In this document: positions 18,365 through 29,354 of the stretch, piece after piece | Layout: every line of letters starts with the position of its first letter | How positions within the stretch are numbered: the stretch's first letter is position 1 | Assembly (NCBI GenBank): GCA_005880395.1 | Contig: VBHQ01000157.1 | Span: 1-51,835 of the forward strand | Direction: 5' to 3' | Source of the DNA: Chloroflexota bacterium | GTDB taxonomy: Bacteria; Chloroflexota; Dormibacteria; CF-121 | DNA length: 51,835 nucleotides | Position numbers and translations under genes: made by a program | Notes under the pieces: model-generated | Database searches by the model: none | Told to the model about the DNA's origin: nothing | The model's input: the letters and a program-made list of their open reading frames with translations, nothing else

Positions 18365-19653
18365 TTTCGAGGCCGGATCAGCTCGGGAAGCCGGCCAAAA
18401 TCTCGCGAGGCGGCCAGCCGCATCAACGCGAACGCCCGATCATGCTGGCCGCGGGCCCGAAGCACGTCCGCGTACATCGCGCAGACCTCGGCGAGCTTCC
18501 CGCCGGCCTGTCGCTCGAGCAGCATCATCAGGGCTTCCCGGAACTTTCGGTCGGCCACGATGTGATGGCCGAGCTTTTCGGCCGCACCCGCTTCGACGGA
18601 AAGCGCGTACGCCTCATGGAGGTGGTCGGCGGCGACGCGCGCCGCCTGGCGACTCTCGCGCGCCAGGCCGGCCGCCTCGCGAGGCTTGCCGGCCTCGAGC
18701 AGATATCGAGCCAGTTCTCCGCCCGCGATCCCGACTTCCAGCTGGTCGTGCAGCTCACGGGCGCGCTCGAGGCACTGCTGCTGGCTCGCGCGCGCCTCCG
18801 CCTTGCGGCCCATCGACCAGTACACATCGCCAAGGTTGTTCAGCACGCGATTCGCGGTCCGCTCCTGCTGGATTCGGCCCCAGATTTCCAGCGCACGGTT
18901 GCAATGCTCGATCGCCTCATCCAGCTTTCCGGTGGCCCGCGCGGTGACCCCGAGCGCCATGCGGGCGTTGGCAATTCGATACAGGCTTTCGGCATCGGTC
19001 GCCGCCTCGAGCGCCTGCCGAAGGAAGCCGTGGGCGCGTTCCAGCTGACCGAGCCCGTAGCACGAGCGGCCGAGGTTGGTCAGCACCCGCGCCCTCAAGG
19101 CTGGGTCGGCGGGCCGCGTGCGGTCGAGCCAGTGGAGCGCCCGCAGCCCCGCCTCGACGCCGGCGTTGAACTGTTCCTGCTGGTTCTGCACCGTGCCGAT
19201 GTCGGCGTAGATCGCGGCGTTGAGTTCGGGGTCATCGGGCGGGGCGGTGGCCGCGGCCCGCTGGTAGGTCGAGAGCGCTTCCGAGAGGCGGCCCAGCTCA
19301 TCGAGGGCCGTGCCCCGGATGCGATAGAGGTCAGCCCGCTCGTTGGCGGTGGTGGCGAGCGCGTCCGCTTCGTCCAACAGCGCCAGCGCGCGCTCCGCTT
19401 CCTGCGCCTTGATCGCCAGCGCCGCACTCTTTCCCAGATAGCTCAACTCGAGCGGAGGATGATCCCCCGTCAGTCGAGCAAGCGGCAACGACAGCCGGTC
19501 CGCCAGCAACCTGAGTTTCGCCAGCGACGGCGTGGCCCGATCGCGTTCGACCTGGCTGATGAAGCCTTTGGTCGCCAGCCCGCGGGCCAGCTGTTCCTGC
19601 GTGAGTCCTCTGGCGAGCCGGGCCTCACGCAGCTGCCTCCCGACCGAGTTCAT
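18361..19653 (-). CDS. XRE-family HTH + TPR-repeat regulator
   Basis: N-terminal LREARLARGLTQEQLARGL...ISQVERD followed by multiple TPR-like repeats. 4-nt overlap (ATGA) with the downstream HD-GYP gene. Confidence 0.8.
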   Translation of the reverse strand: MNSVGRQLREARLARGLTQEQLARGLATKGFISQVERDRATPSLAKLRLLADRLSLPLARLTGDHPPLELSYLGKSAALAIKAQEAERALALLDEADALATTANERADLYRIRGTALDELGRLSEALSTYQRAAATAPPDDPELNAAIYADIGTVQNQQEQFNAGVEAGLRALHWLDRTRPADPALRARVLTNLGRSCYGLGQLERAHGFLRQALEAATDAESLYRIANARMALGVTARATGKLDEAIEHCNRALEIWGRIQQERTANRVLNNLGDVYWSMGRKAEARASQQQCLERARELHDQLEVGIAGGELARYLLEAGKPREAAGLARESRQAARVAADHLHEAYALSVEAGAAEKLGHHIVADRKFREALMMLLERQAGGKLAEVCAMYADVLRARGQHDRAFALMRLAASRDFGRLPELIRPRK

Positions 19654-19701
19654 CTGCTGGCTTGCAGTATAGGGTAGCTAAACCTGCGCCGGGAAAGTAT
19701 A

Positions 19702-19730
19702 TTGACTAGAAGTTGACCGGGTGTTAGATT
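19702..19730 (+). promoter_or_regulatory. Sigma-70-like promoter (TTGACT - 17 nt - TAGATT)
   Basis: -35 at 19702-19707 and -10 at 19725-19730 in the most AT-rich patch of this region. It precedes the small ORF. Confidence 0.5.
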
Positions 19731-19773
19731 CCGGCCGAGGGGACGGAGCACCCGGTGAAAAAGGAGGGTGCTC

Positions 19774-19860
19774 ATGTTCCGCTACCGCTTCGTCGCGTTT
19801 GCCGTCGCCATCGTCGCCGCCGTGCTCAGCGTCGCCGACACGATGCCAGGAGGCCGTTAG
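19774..19860 (+). CDS. 28-aa hydrophobic peptide MFRYRFVAFAVAIVAAVLSVADTMPGGR (not in the ORF track)
   Basis: AAGGAGG sits 6 nt upstream of the ATG. 23 of 27 sense codons end in G/C, matching genome codon bias. The unit has its own promoter and terminator. Confidence 0.55.
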   Translation: MFRYRFVAFAVAIVAAVLSVADTMPGGR

Positions 19861-19888
19861 CAACCGATCGGTTCCGGGGGGCTTGGGA

Positions 19889-19927
19889 GGGGCGCTTGTT
19901 GCGCAGGCAAGCGCCCCTTCGCCTTTT
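19889..19927 (+). terminator. Rho-independent terminator
   Basis: GGGGCGCTTG-ttgcgcagg-CAAGCGCCCC (10-bp stem) followed by TTCGCCTTTT. It abuts the stop codon of the convergent UPF0182 gene. Confidence 0.6.
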
Positions 19928-22656
19928 AGGGCGAGTGGCTCGGTGAGGCGCTGGGCGACGCGCTCGGCGATGCGCTCGCTGCCGTCAGGATCGCCAGCTG
20001 GTTGAGGTCGCTACCGACGATCTTCATCTCCTGGGCATAGGTCGCCAGGTCTCCCTTGGTGAGCGCCGTCTGGGCGGCGCTGTAATGCTTGTTGGCGTCG
20101 GCGATCAGTTGGAGGACGGTTCCCGTCGGCGCCGGCCCGGTTGGCCCGCTCGGCGCCGTCGGAAGCGCGCCCCCGAAGAGATCGTTGAGCGCCTTGTCCA
20201 GCGTGTCGTCCATCACCACGTTCTGGCCGGTGGCCACGATGACTTTTTTGAGCTGCGGTTTCTGCACATTGGTCGATTCGAGGTACACGGGCTCGATGTA
20301 GAGCAGCGAATTCTCAATCGGAATCACGAGCAGGTTGCCACGGATCACGCTCGAACCCTGACCCTGCGCATTGAGCAGCGCGAACTGCGATTTGATCACC
20401 GGGGCCTGGTCGATATTGGCCTCGACCTGCTGCGGCCCGGTCACCAGCACGTCCTTGGGAAAACGGAAATCGAAGAGGGTTCCGTAATCGGGCTGATCGG
20501 AACGCGCGGCCAGATAGGCAATCATGTTGGTTTTCCCGTTGGGCGTGTAGGGGAGGATCGTGACGAACTCTTCCTTCGGTTCGCCGGGCAGGCGCATGAT
20601 GACATAGAAGGGCCGGATCGGCACCTGGGCTCCCGACTGCGACTGCTGCTGCGTCTCTTTCGCCACGTTCCAGAGATCCTCGCGTGTGTAAAAGACGGTG
20701 GGATCGGTCATGTGGTAGTAGGTGAAGCGATCGGCCTGCAGGTTGAAGAGATCGCGGGGATAGCGGATGTGGGCCTGGAGTCCCGCCGGCATCTGGCTGA
20801 AGGGTTTGAACAGTCCGGGGAAGATCGAGGCATAGGTATTGGCCAGGGCGTCGTGGTTATCGATCTGGTAGAAGGTCGTCGTCCCGTCGTACGCATCGAC
20901 GACGACCTTGACCGACGACGACCACGACGTACGGATCCTGGTCGAACTGCAGGAAGGGCGCCAGGGCGGCCACCCGGTCCTGGACCGCGCGATTGAAAAG
21001 GACCTGCGTCTGAGAAGTCAATTGCGGACTGATCAGCAGATTGATGTCGCCGAATCGCATCGCGAAGGCGAGGCTGCGCAGCGGCGATGTCAGCGCGACG
21101 CCCGTTTTGCCGGACCAGTGCGTGTACTGGTCTGGCGTGAAGGGATAGTCGAACTCCGCCTGGCTGGAGTCGACGAGCACGTAGTTGTTGGTGTGGCGGC
21201 CGAAGTAGATGCCGGGCCGAGTGACCGTGGGCACGCCGGCGGGCGGGATATTTTGGAGCGTCAGCACGGGATCACCCTGGCTGGTCCCCTGGTTGGCTCG
21301 AGCCGCCACCACGCCGTAACCGTGCGTGTACTGCAGATGGGGGGCGACCCATCCGCTGACAAAGGTGCCGAGCTTGTCGGGATTGATCTCGCGCGCGGCG
21401 AGCAGCAATTGCAGATACTGGGTGCCGACCTGGTAGCGATCAACCGCCACCTCGTCCTGATAGAACTGGTAGTAGCCGCGAAGGCTCTGCAGGTTTTCCA
21501 GGGTGGCAGGCAGCGCCAGCTGCGGATCCCAAAGCCGGGCGTTCTGAACGGTCTGCGGATTTCGTGCCACCGCGTCCGGGGTGAGCGTGTCCGAAGGCGT
21601 GAATGGCCGATCCTGGATGCTCGTCAATCCATAGGCCTGGCGCGTAAATTCGATCTCGTTCTTGATGTACGGCGTCTCCCGGGCGAGCTCGCTGGGGGCG
21701 ACCTGGAAGCGCTGGACGAAGCCGGGAAACACCACCAGCAGGATGAAGGCGGCGCCCAGCCAGGCGACCACCGCCACGGGAAGCGGCGCGAGCTGGCCGC
21801 GGAAGCCGTTGACGAGCAGTCCGGCCGCGATCAGCAACATCAGCACCGTCATGATCCAGTAGGCCGGAATGCGCGCCGCGACGTCCGCATAACCGACGCC
21901 GCTGACGAATCCGCGCTTGCTCAATAACAGCTCCCACAGGTCGAGCCGGTAGTGGACCGCGAGCAGGACCGCGAAGGCCGCGGCGAGCACTGAGAGATGG
22001 CGAATAGCGCGCGCCGGCAGTTGGAGATTCTGGAACCCCGCACGTGAGATATAGAGCCCGCCGACGACCAGCATCATCAGGATGACGACCCCGAGCAGCC
22101 AGCCCCAGATAAAGCGATAAAAGGGAAGGCTGAAGACGTAGAAGGACACGTCGCTGTGGAAGATCGGGTCCTGGATATGGAATGGCTTTTGATTGAAGAA
22201 GGTCAGGATCGTCTGCCACTGGCCGGAGGCGATGTTGCCAAACAGCAATCCAAGGAGAACGACGACCAGCATCGCGAGGATGGTGGAGGGTGCCGTCACG
22301 AGGCGCTGTCGGATCCCGATCGACGAGAGGCGGCGGCCGCCGTTGAGGGCGACCAGCACGTTGGCGGCGCCAATCGTCCAAAAGGCGATCGCAAAAATGA
22401 AGAACGACCAGAGCTGCGCCGCAAAGCGGACGCCGAACACGCCGCCGTAGCCGAGCGCGCGAAACCAGAGCCAATCGGTGTAGAGCGTGGCGAACGGCTT
22501 GAGCAGGAAGAGCAGGAGGAGCACGGCGGCGATCCCCAGGATCCATCCAACCGCACGCCGGGTGATGCGCACGGTTGGAAAGCTCGGTTCGGTCGGCAGG
22601 CGTCCAAATGGGGACTCGCCGTTGAAGAAGCCGCGCGGCGGCACCCGTCTAGACAT
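19926..22656 (-). pseudogene. UPF0182 family membrane protein, split by an internal deletion/frameshift at ~20913-20922
   Basis: The N-part (ATG 22654-22656) runs ...TLYTDWLWFRALGY...FLQFDQDPYVVVVV and then a junk tail. The C-part frame reads SVKVVVDAYDGTTTFYQ...MPAGLQAHIRYPRDLF... The upstream 145 aa of the 744-aa ORF overlap eno and are not real. Confidence 0.8.
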
Positions 22657-22680
22657 GTGGGGAATCCCCACAAACCCCGA
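22654..22680. repeat. Palindrome-containing motif, copy 1: CAT-GTGGGGAATCCCCAC-AAACCCCGA
   Basis: Fills the 29-nt eno/UPF0182 intergenic spacer. The second copy is at 32233-32260. Confidence 0.6.
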
Positions 22681-22685
22681 TGGAC

Positions 22686-24334
<1,649 letters not shown>

Positions 24335-24344
24335 CGGCTGAGCC

Positions 24345-24350
24345 TAAACT
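24345..24350 (+). promoter_or_regulatory. -10-like TAAACT, 6 nt upstream of ATG 24357 (possible leaderless start)
   Basis: Lies in a 22-nt divergent spacer with no SD. Confidence 0.3.
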
Positions 24351-24356
24351 TAGCGC

Positions 24357-24767
24357 ATGGCAGACGAACCATCGACGCCGAGCGGCGATTATCGACCCAG
24401 GGAGCAAGCAGAAGGGACCGAGCGCGTGCGCGAGGTGATCCGTGATGGCTTCTATACGATGCTCGGCGCCGCCAGCTGGGCATTCGAGAAGACCGATGAG
24501 ATGGCCAACACCTGGTTGCGGCAGGGACGAGCAAGCGGCGACGAGAACCGACGCCGGTTCGATCAGCTCACCGCCCGCACGCGCCGAGCCGGCGAAGATC
24601 TTGGCCGCCGGGTGCAGGACAGCGTGCGGACCGCCCGCTCGTCGATGCCGCTGGCGAGCAGGGAGCAGGTGGCGAACCTCGAACGGCAGGTTGCCGAACT
24701 GACCCGGCAGATCGAATCGCTCAAGTCGGGCGGGTCGGCGATGCCGCCCCGGCCGCCGGTGCCCTAA
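24357..24767 (+). CDS. Phasin-like / PHA-granule-associated-like coiled-coil protein
   Basis: 136 aa: VREVIRDGFYTMLGAASWAFEKTDEMANTWLRQG...QVANLERQVAELTRQIESLK. Confidence 0.55.
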   Translation: MADEPSTPSGDYRPREQAEGTERVREVIRDGFYTMLGAASWAFEKTDEMANTWLRQGRASGDENRRRFDQLTARTRRAGEDLGRRVQDSVRTARSSMPLASREQVANLERQVAELTRQIESLKSGGSAMPPRPPVP

Positions 24768-24806
24768 CCCGGCGCAGGCGTTAGCACCGGGCGCGGGCCG
24801 GTGTCG

Positions 24807-26787
24807 CTAGTGGTGCTTGTGGTGGCCGCCGCCCTTGTCACCACCGCCTCCTCCGCCGCAATCCTCATCGCAGGACGGCGCGGCCGGGGGTTGCTGTGAT
24901 TGCGCCACCTGGTCGGTCCCGGGCAGCAGGTACGCGGTGTAGCCGGCGACGTTGACCATGTGCAGACCATTCGGCACCGCATACCAGCTGTCCGGCCGCC
25001 CATTGAGCGCGTCGCTCATGAAGCCATGGAAGATCGGCGCGGCGCCGACGATGCCGCTCACGTGCTGCATCGGTGAGTGATCGGCGTTGCCGACCCAGAC
25101 CGCGACCGCGAGATCTGGCGTAAAGCCGACGGTCAGGTTGTCTCGGAAGTCATTGGTCGTGCCGGTCTTGGCGGCGACATGATGCCCGGCGATGACGAGG
25201 TCGCTGTTGCGCCCGAACTCGAGCGCCCGATTGCTGTCGTCGGAGAGCATCTGCGCCATGATGAAGCTGACCTGCGGACTGATGGCCGGCTTGCCCTGGC
25301 CGGGGTCGTCCTTGAAGAGCACCCCGCCATCGTGGGTGGTGATCTTGAGGATGCCCTGCGGATGGCGGTAGGTGCCCTGCGCGGCGAGCGTGCTCGCGCC
25401 GGTGGCCATGTCGATCAGCGGCACCTCGTAGCCGCCGAGCGTCAGGCTCGGCTGGTAGCTGCCGGCCGGTTGGGTCAACGTGGTTACCCCCATGCGGCGG
25501 GCGACGTCGACGACGCGGTCGATCCCGGTGCCAAGCTCGACCTTGACCGCGGGGATGTTCAGCGAGTTGCCCATGCACTGCTGCAGCTGAAGCGTCCCGT
25601 GATAGCGGCCGTCGTAGTTCCTCGGCCGCCACCAGCTGGAGCCGTCCATGTACGCGATCGGCGTATCGGCGATCGGCGTCGTCATCGCCGGTCTTGGGGT
25701 CGAGCGCGACCAGTGAGCCGTCGGTCACATGCTGGGCGCCGAGGGCCAGCACTTTGTCTCGAACCTGGCGCTCGGCGATCGACTGCAGCTTCCAGTCGAG
25801 CGACGTGACCACGGTCAGGCCGCCATTGGTCAATAACTCGTTCCCATAGGTCTTTTCGAGCTGGGCCGCCACCCAGTGGACGAAGCCGGGCGCCTTCACG
25901 TCGTCCGCCGATGTCGCCGGACGCAGCGCGAGCTTCTGCGCCGCCGCGGTCTTCGCCTGGCTGGCGTTGATCTCGCGGGCCCGGACCATGGCGTCGAGGA
26001 CCACCCGCTGCCGCGCTTTCGCGCCGGCCATGTTGGTATAGGGGTCGAGGACGGTTGGGGCCTGTGGCAACCCGGCCAGCAGCGATGCTTCTGGCAGGGT
26101 CAGCTGGGTCGCCGGCTTGCCGAAGTAGGTCTCGGACGCCGCCTCGACTCCATACGACTGGTTTCCGTAGTAGATGCGATTGAGGTAGGCCTCGAGGATC
26201 TGGTTCTTCGAATACTGGTGCTCGACCTCGATCGCGAGGATCACCTCGTCGAGCTTGCGCAGGATCGACCGGTCCTCGGTGAGGTAGATATTCTTGACCA
26301 GTTGCTGGGTGATGGTGCTGCCGCCCTGGTCGAAGCGAAGATGGAGCAGGTCCTCCAGGCCGGCCTGCCCGGTGCGCAGCAGGTTCAAGGCGCCGTGCTG
26401 GTAAAACGTCCGATCCTCGACCGCGATGGTCGCGGCCCGCATGGTGGGGGAGACCTGAGCCAGGGACACGATGTGCCGCCGCTCAGACCCCTGGTGGATC
26501 TCGGCCAGGAGCACGGTCCCGGTGCGGTCGTAGATCCGCGTGGATAGTGGCAATCGCGCCGTGCTCAGGTTGGAGGTCGAGGGAAGCCCGGCCCAGACAT
26601 AGAGGCCGGTGGGCAGCAGCACCAGCAACGCCGCCAGGGCCGCGGCCGGCGCCATCATCCAGGGCTTGAATGGGAGCCGCGTCTGGCGCCGCAGAGTGAG
26701 CTTCCGGCCGCACTGCGAGCAGAAGCGGCTATCGACCTTCAGCGGAGAGCCGCAGCCCTGGCAGTACGAGGACGCTGAATGGGCCAT
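24807..26787 (-). pseudogene. Class A penicillin-binding protein (zinc ribbon + GT51 transglycosylase + transpeptidase), with an internal deletion/frameshift at ~25680-25687
   Basis: N-part: CQGCG..CSQCG, EDRTFYQH, GGSTITQQL ... LVALDPKTG, then junk. C-part: TTPIADTPIAYMDG...NSLNIPAV...KTGTTND. No SxxK segment in any frame. Confidence 0.85.
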
Positions 26788-26852
26788 ACTAGTTCAAACG
26801 CAAGCGGCCACCGGCACTGTCCGGGTATGACCGCTTTGCATTGACGGCTTAC

Positions 26853-26858
26853 ATTATA
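26853..26858 (-). promoter_or_regulatory. Perfect TATAAT on the minus strand, ~65 nt upstream of the PBP start
   Basis: Plus strand reads attata. No convincing -35. Confidence 0.3.
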
Positions 26859-26867
26859 GTCAGGCGC

Positions 26868-27431
26868 TCAGGATCGGCCTTCGCGGGTCGGGGGCGCTCG
26901 GGTGACGGTGGCGCCGAGGACACCGGTGAGGTGCGCCAGCGACCAGCGTTGGACCTCGTCGCCCGGATGGCCGGGCCCGTCGAACGTCGCGACCGCGCCA
27001 GCCGGCACCACCACGCGATAGTCCCGATTCCGCAGGTCGGCGATGGTGTGCATCACGCAGATGTCGGTGCAGACGCCGACGACCGTCACCTGCCCCGGGT
27101 GGGCGGCTTTGAGGCGATCCTCCAGGTCAGTCTCGAAGAACCCAGAGTAGCGCCGTTTGCGGATCAGGGTGGCGTCCTTCAGCAACGGCTGGAGCTCCGC
27201 AACCACCTCGGCCTCGGTCGTGCCACGCACGCAGTGCTCGGGGAAGACCTCGAATTCGCGGTCGTCGGGATCGTGGGTGTCAGCGAGAAAGATCACCTGA
27301 TCGCCGGCGTCCCGGCGCGCCTCGATCACGTCCTTGATGGCCGGGATGGCGGCGTCGCACCGTGGCGAGGCCAGGTTTCCTTGCTTGCAGAAGCCGTTGA
27401 GGACGTCGACCACGATGGTGACGTCCGGCAT
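26868..27431 (-). CDS. Isochorismatase-family cysteine hydrolase (nicotinamidase-like)
   Basis: 187 aa: VVDVLNGF, ADTHDPDD, VVGVCTDICV. Adjacent to pncB. Confidence 0.8.
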   Translation of the reverse strand: MPDVTIVVDVLNGFCKQGNLASPRCDAAIPAIKDVIEARRDAGDQVIFLADTHDPDDREFEVFPEHCVRGTTEAEVVAELQPLLKDATLIRKRRYSGFFETDLEDRLKAAHPGQVTVVGVCTDICVMHTIADLRNRDYRVVVPAGAVATFDGPGHPGDEVQRWSLAHLTGVLGATVTRAPPTREGRS

Positions 27432-28516
27432 CAGGAGACGAGCTCGAGACGCGGGTTGGGACGGTAGCGGCGGCCGACCTTGGCCGTCGGCCGGCCTTCC
27501 AGCATGACGACGTCCGCCGTGAAGTCGTAGCTGCCCTGGAAGAACGCGCTGCCGATGCCATAGGCATCGACCGGCACTCGCTCCCGCTCGAAGCGCTCGA
27601 TCTTCTCGACGTTGAAGCCACCGCTGGCGACGATCTTCACGTGCTCGAAGCCTTCGCGATCGAGCGCGCGCCGGACCAGGTGGCAGAGCTGCGGATTGAC
27701 GCCGCGCGGATCGAAGTCGCCCATCAGCGGTTGCAGGCTCACGTCGACCATCGTCTCCGAGGTATCGAGGCGCACACCCCAGAGCCGGTCCTTGAGCGCG
27801 CGTGCCACCTCGAGCGAGGTCCGGACGCAGTCATTCTCGAAGTCGACCAGGACCACGACGTTGACGTCGGGATCGACATGCTCGGCGTATTTTTGTGCCG
27901 CGACCACGCTGTTGCCGCCGTAGGCGGCGATCAGTGCATGGGGAACCGTTCCCTGGCCTTTGCCGCCCCACCACGACGCCTGCGCGTCGGTCGAGACGCC
28001 GATCGCGCCCGCCACGTGCGCCGCATAGCCGTCGCCGGTCTGCACCAGGTGATGGTCGTGACGCGCGGGAAAGAAGATGATCTGCTTTCCCTGCGCCGCC
28101 TCGACGACCCGCTTGACGTTGGTGGCCACCTTGGTTCGTCGCGAGAGGACGCCAAGATAGACCGTCTCGAGGCGAGCAAACAGCGTGTAATCGCCCTCGA
28201 TCGTCATCGCGGTCTCCCAGGGCGAGGTGGGATCGCCATCGTAGAGCGCATGGACGCGGAGCTGCGAAAAATCCTCTGAGCAGAGCTTGAGGATGGCAAT
28301 CGCCTCGTCCATGCCGCCGATGACCGCCTGCCGCTTCTGAAACACCTGCATCAGAACGTGCGGGTGGCGATGGTCGGCGCGCAGCACGTCGACGGCGCGA
28401 TTGAAATAGACGTCGCTGTAGTAGCCCTCGCGAATGCGCTCGACCGGGAGCCGGAAGACCGCGGGGTCGAGCCGCTCGCGTCGCCGCGCGGGGGCCTGCG
28501 GTGCGGCCTGTGCCAC
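27431..28516 (-). CDS. pncB: Nicotinate phosphoribosyltransferase
   Basis: 361 aa: YYSDVYFNR...GTVPHALI...VRLDTSE...ASGGF pattern of type II PRTases. Confidence 0.8.
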   Translation of the reverse strand: MAQAAPQAPARRRERLDPAVFRLPVERIREGYYSDVYFNRAVDVLRADHRHPHVLMQVFQKRQAVIGGMDEAIAILKLCSEDFSQLRVHALYDGDPTSPWETAMTIEGDYTLFARLETVYLGVLSRRTKVATNVKRVVEAAQGKQIIFFPARHDHHLVQTGDGYAAHVAGAIGVSTDAQASWWGGKGQGTVPHALIAAYGGNSVVAAQKYAEHVDPDVNVVVLVDFENDCVRTSLEVARALKDRLWGVRLDTSETMVDVSLQPLMGDFDPRGVNPQLCHLVRRALDREGFEHVKIVASGGFNVEKIERFERERVPVDAYGIGSAFFQGSYDFTADVVMLEGRPTAKVGRRYRPNPRLELVS

Positions 28517-28541
28517 GTCGTGATGTTAGTCGTGAATGGCG

Positions 28542-29354
28542 TCAGACGCCGATCTTGCGATAGCGGGCGTAGCGCTCGTCGACCAGGCGATCGGTTTCGA
28601 TTTCGTCGAGCTGATCGAGCTGCCGGCGCAACGCGGCGGCGGCGGCGTCGGCCGCCAGGCCGTAATCCGTCTGTGCGCCGCCAGGCGGTTCCGGCACGAT
28701 CTCGTCCGCCAGGCCGAGTCGCTTGAGGTCAGCGGCGGTCAGCTTGAGGGCCTCGGCCGCCTCCACCTTCTTGGCGATATCGCGCCAGAGGATCGAGGCG
28801 CACGCCTCCGGCATGGCGACGCTATAGATCGAGTGCTCCATCATCAACAGGCGATCGCCGACCCCAATCCCGAGCGCGCCGCCGCTGCCGCCCTCGCCGA
28901 TCACGAGGGTCACGATCGGGACGCGCGCCTGGGCCAGCGCCACCAGGTTCTCCGCGATCGCCCAGGCAATCCCGCGTTCCTCGGCGCCGGCCCCGGGAAA
29001 GGCCCCGGAGGTATCGACGAAGGCGAGGATGGGGAACCCAAAACGCTCGGCCTGCCGGATCAAGCGCAGCGCCTTCCGATAGCCCTCCGGGTTCGCCATC
29101 CCGAAGTTGCGCATCGCCCGTTCGGCTGTCGTTCGGCCTTTCTGTTGGGCGATGACCATGACCGTGCGCTGATCGAACGCGGCCGGCCCGCCGATGATGG
29201 CATGGTCGTCGCCGAACACCCGATCGCCGTGCAGCTCGAAGAAATTCGGAAAGATCGCGTGGATATAGTCGAGCGCGTAGGGCCGGTCGGGGTGACGGGC
29301 TAGCTCGACCTGCTGCCAGGTCGCGCTGGCGACGCTGCCATTGCTCGCGCTCAT
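28542..29354 (-). CDS. accA: Acetyl-CoA carboxylase carboxyltransferase alpha subunit (short N-terminus)
   Basis: ATG 29352-29354 overlaps a TGATGA double stop. TWQQVELARHPDRPYALDYI, FVDTSGAFPGAGAEERG, VIGEGGSGGALG. Confidence 0.85.
   Translation of the reverse strand: MSASNGSVASATWQQVELARHPDRPYALDYIHAIFPNFFELHGDRVFGDDHAIIGGPAAFDQRTVMVIAQQKGRTTAERAMRNFGMANPEGYRKALRLIRQAERFGFPILAFVDTSGAFPGAGAEERGIAWAIAENLVALAQARVPIVTLVIGEGGSGGALGIGVGDRLLMMEHSIYSVAMPEACASILWRDIAKKVEAAEALKLTAADLKRLGLADEIVPEPPGGAQTDYGLAADAAAAALRRQLDQLDEIETDRLVDERYARYRKIGV

Noticed and set aside
19755-19946. 63-aa ORF from the track (MKKEGAHVPLPLRR...)
   Set aside because: It is Arg-rich with poor GC3 and runs through the terminator hairpin. 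The 28-codon ORF in another frame has the SD spacing and codon bias instead.
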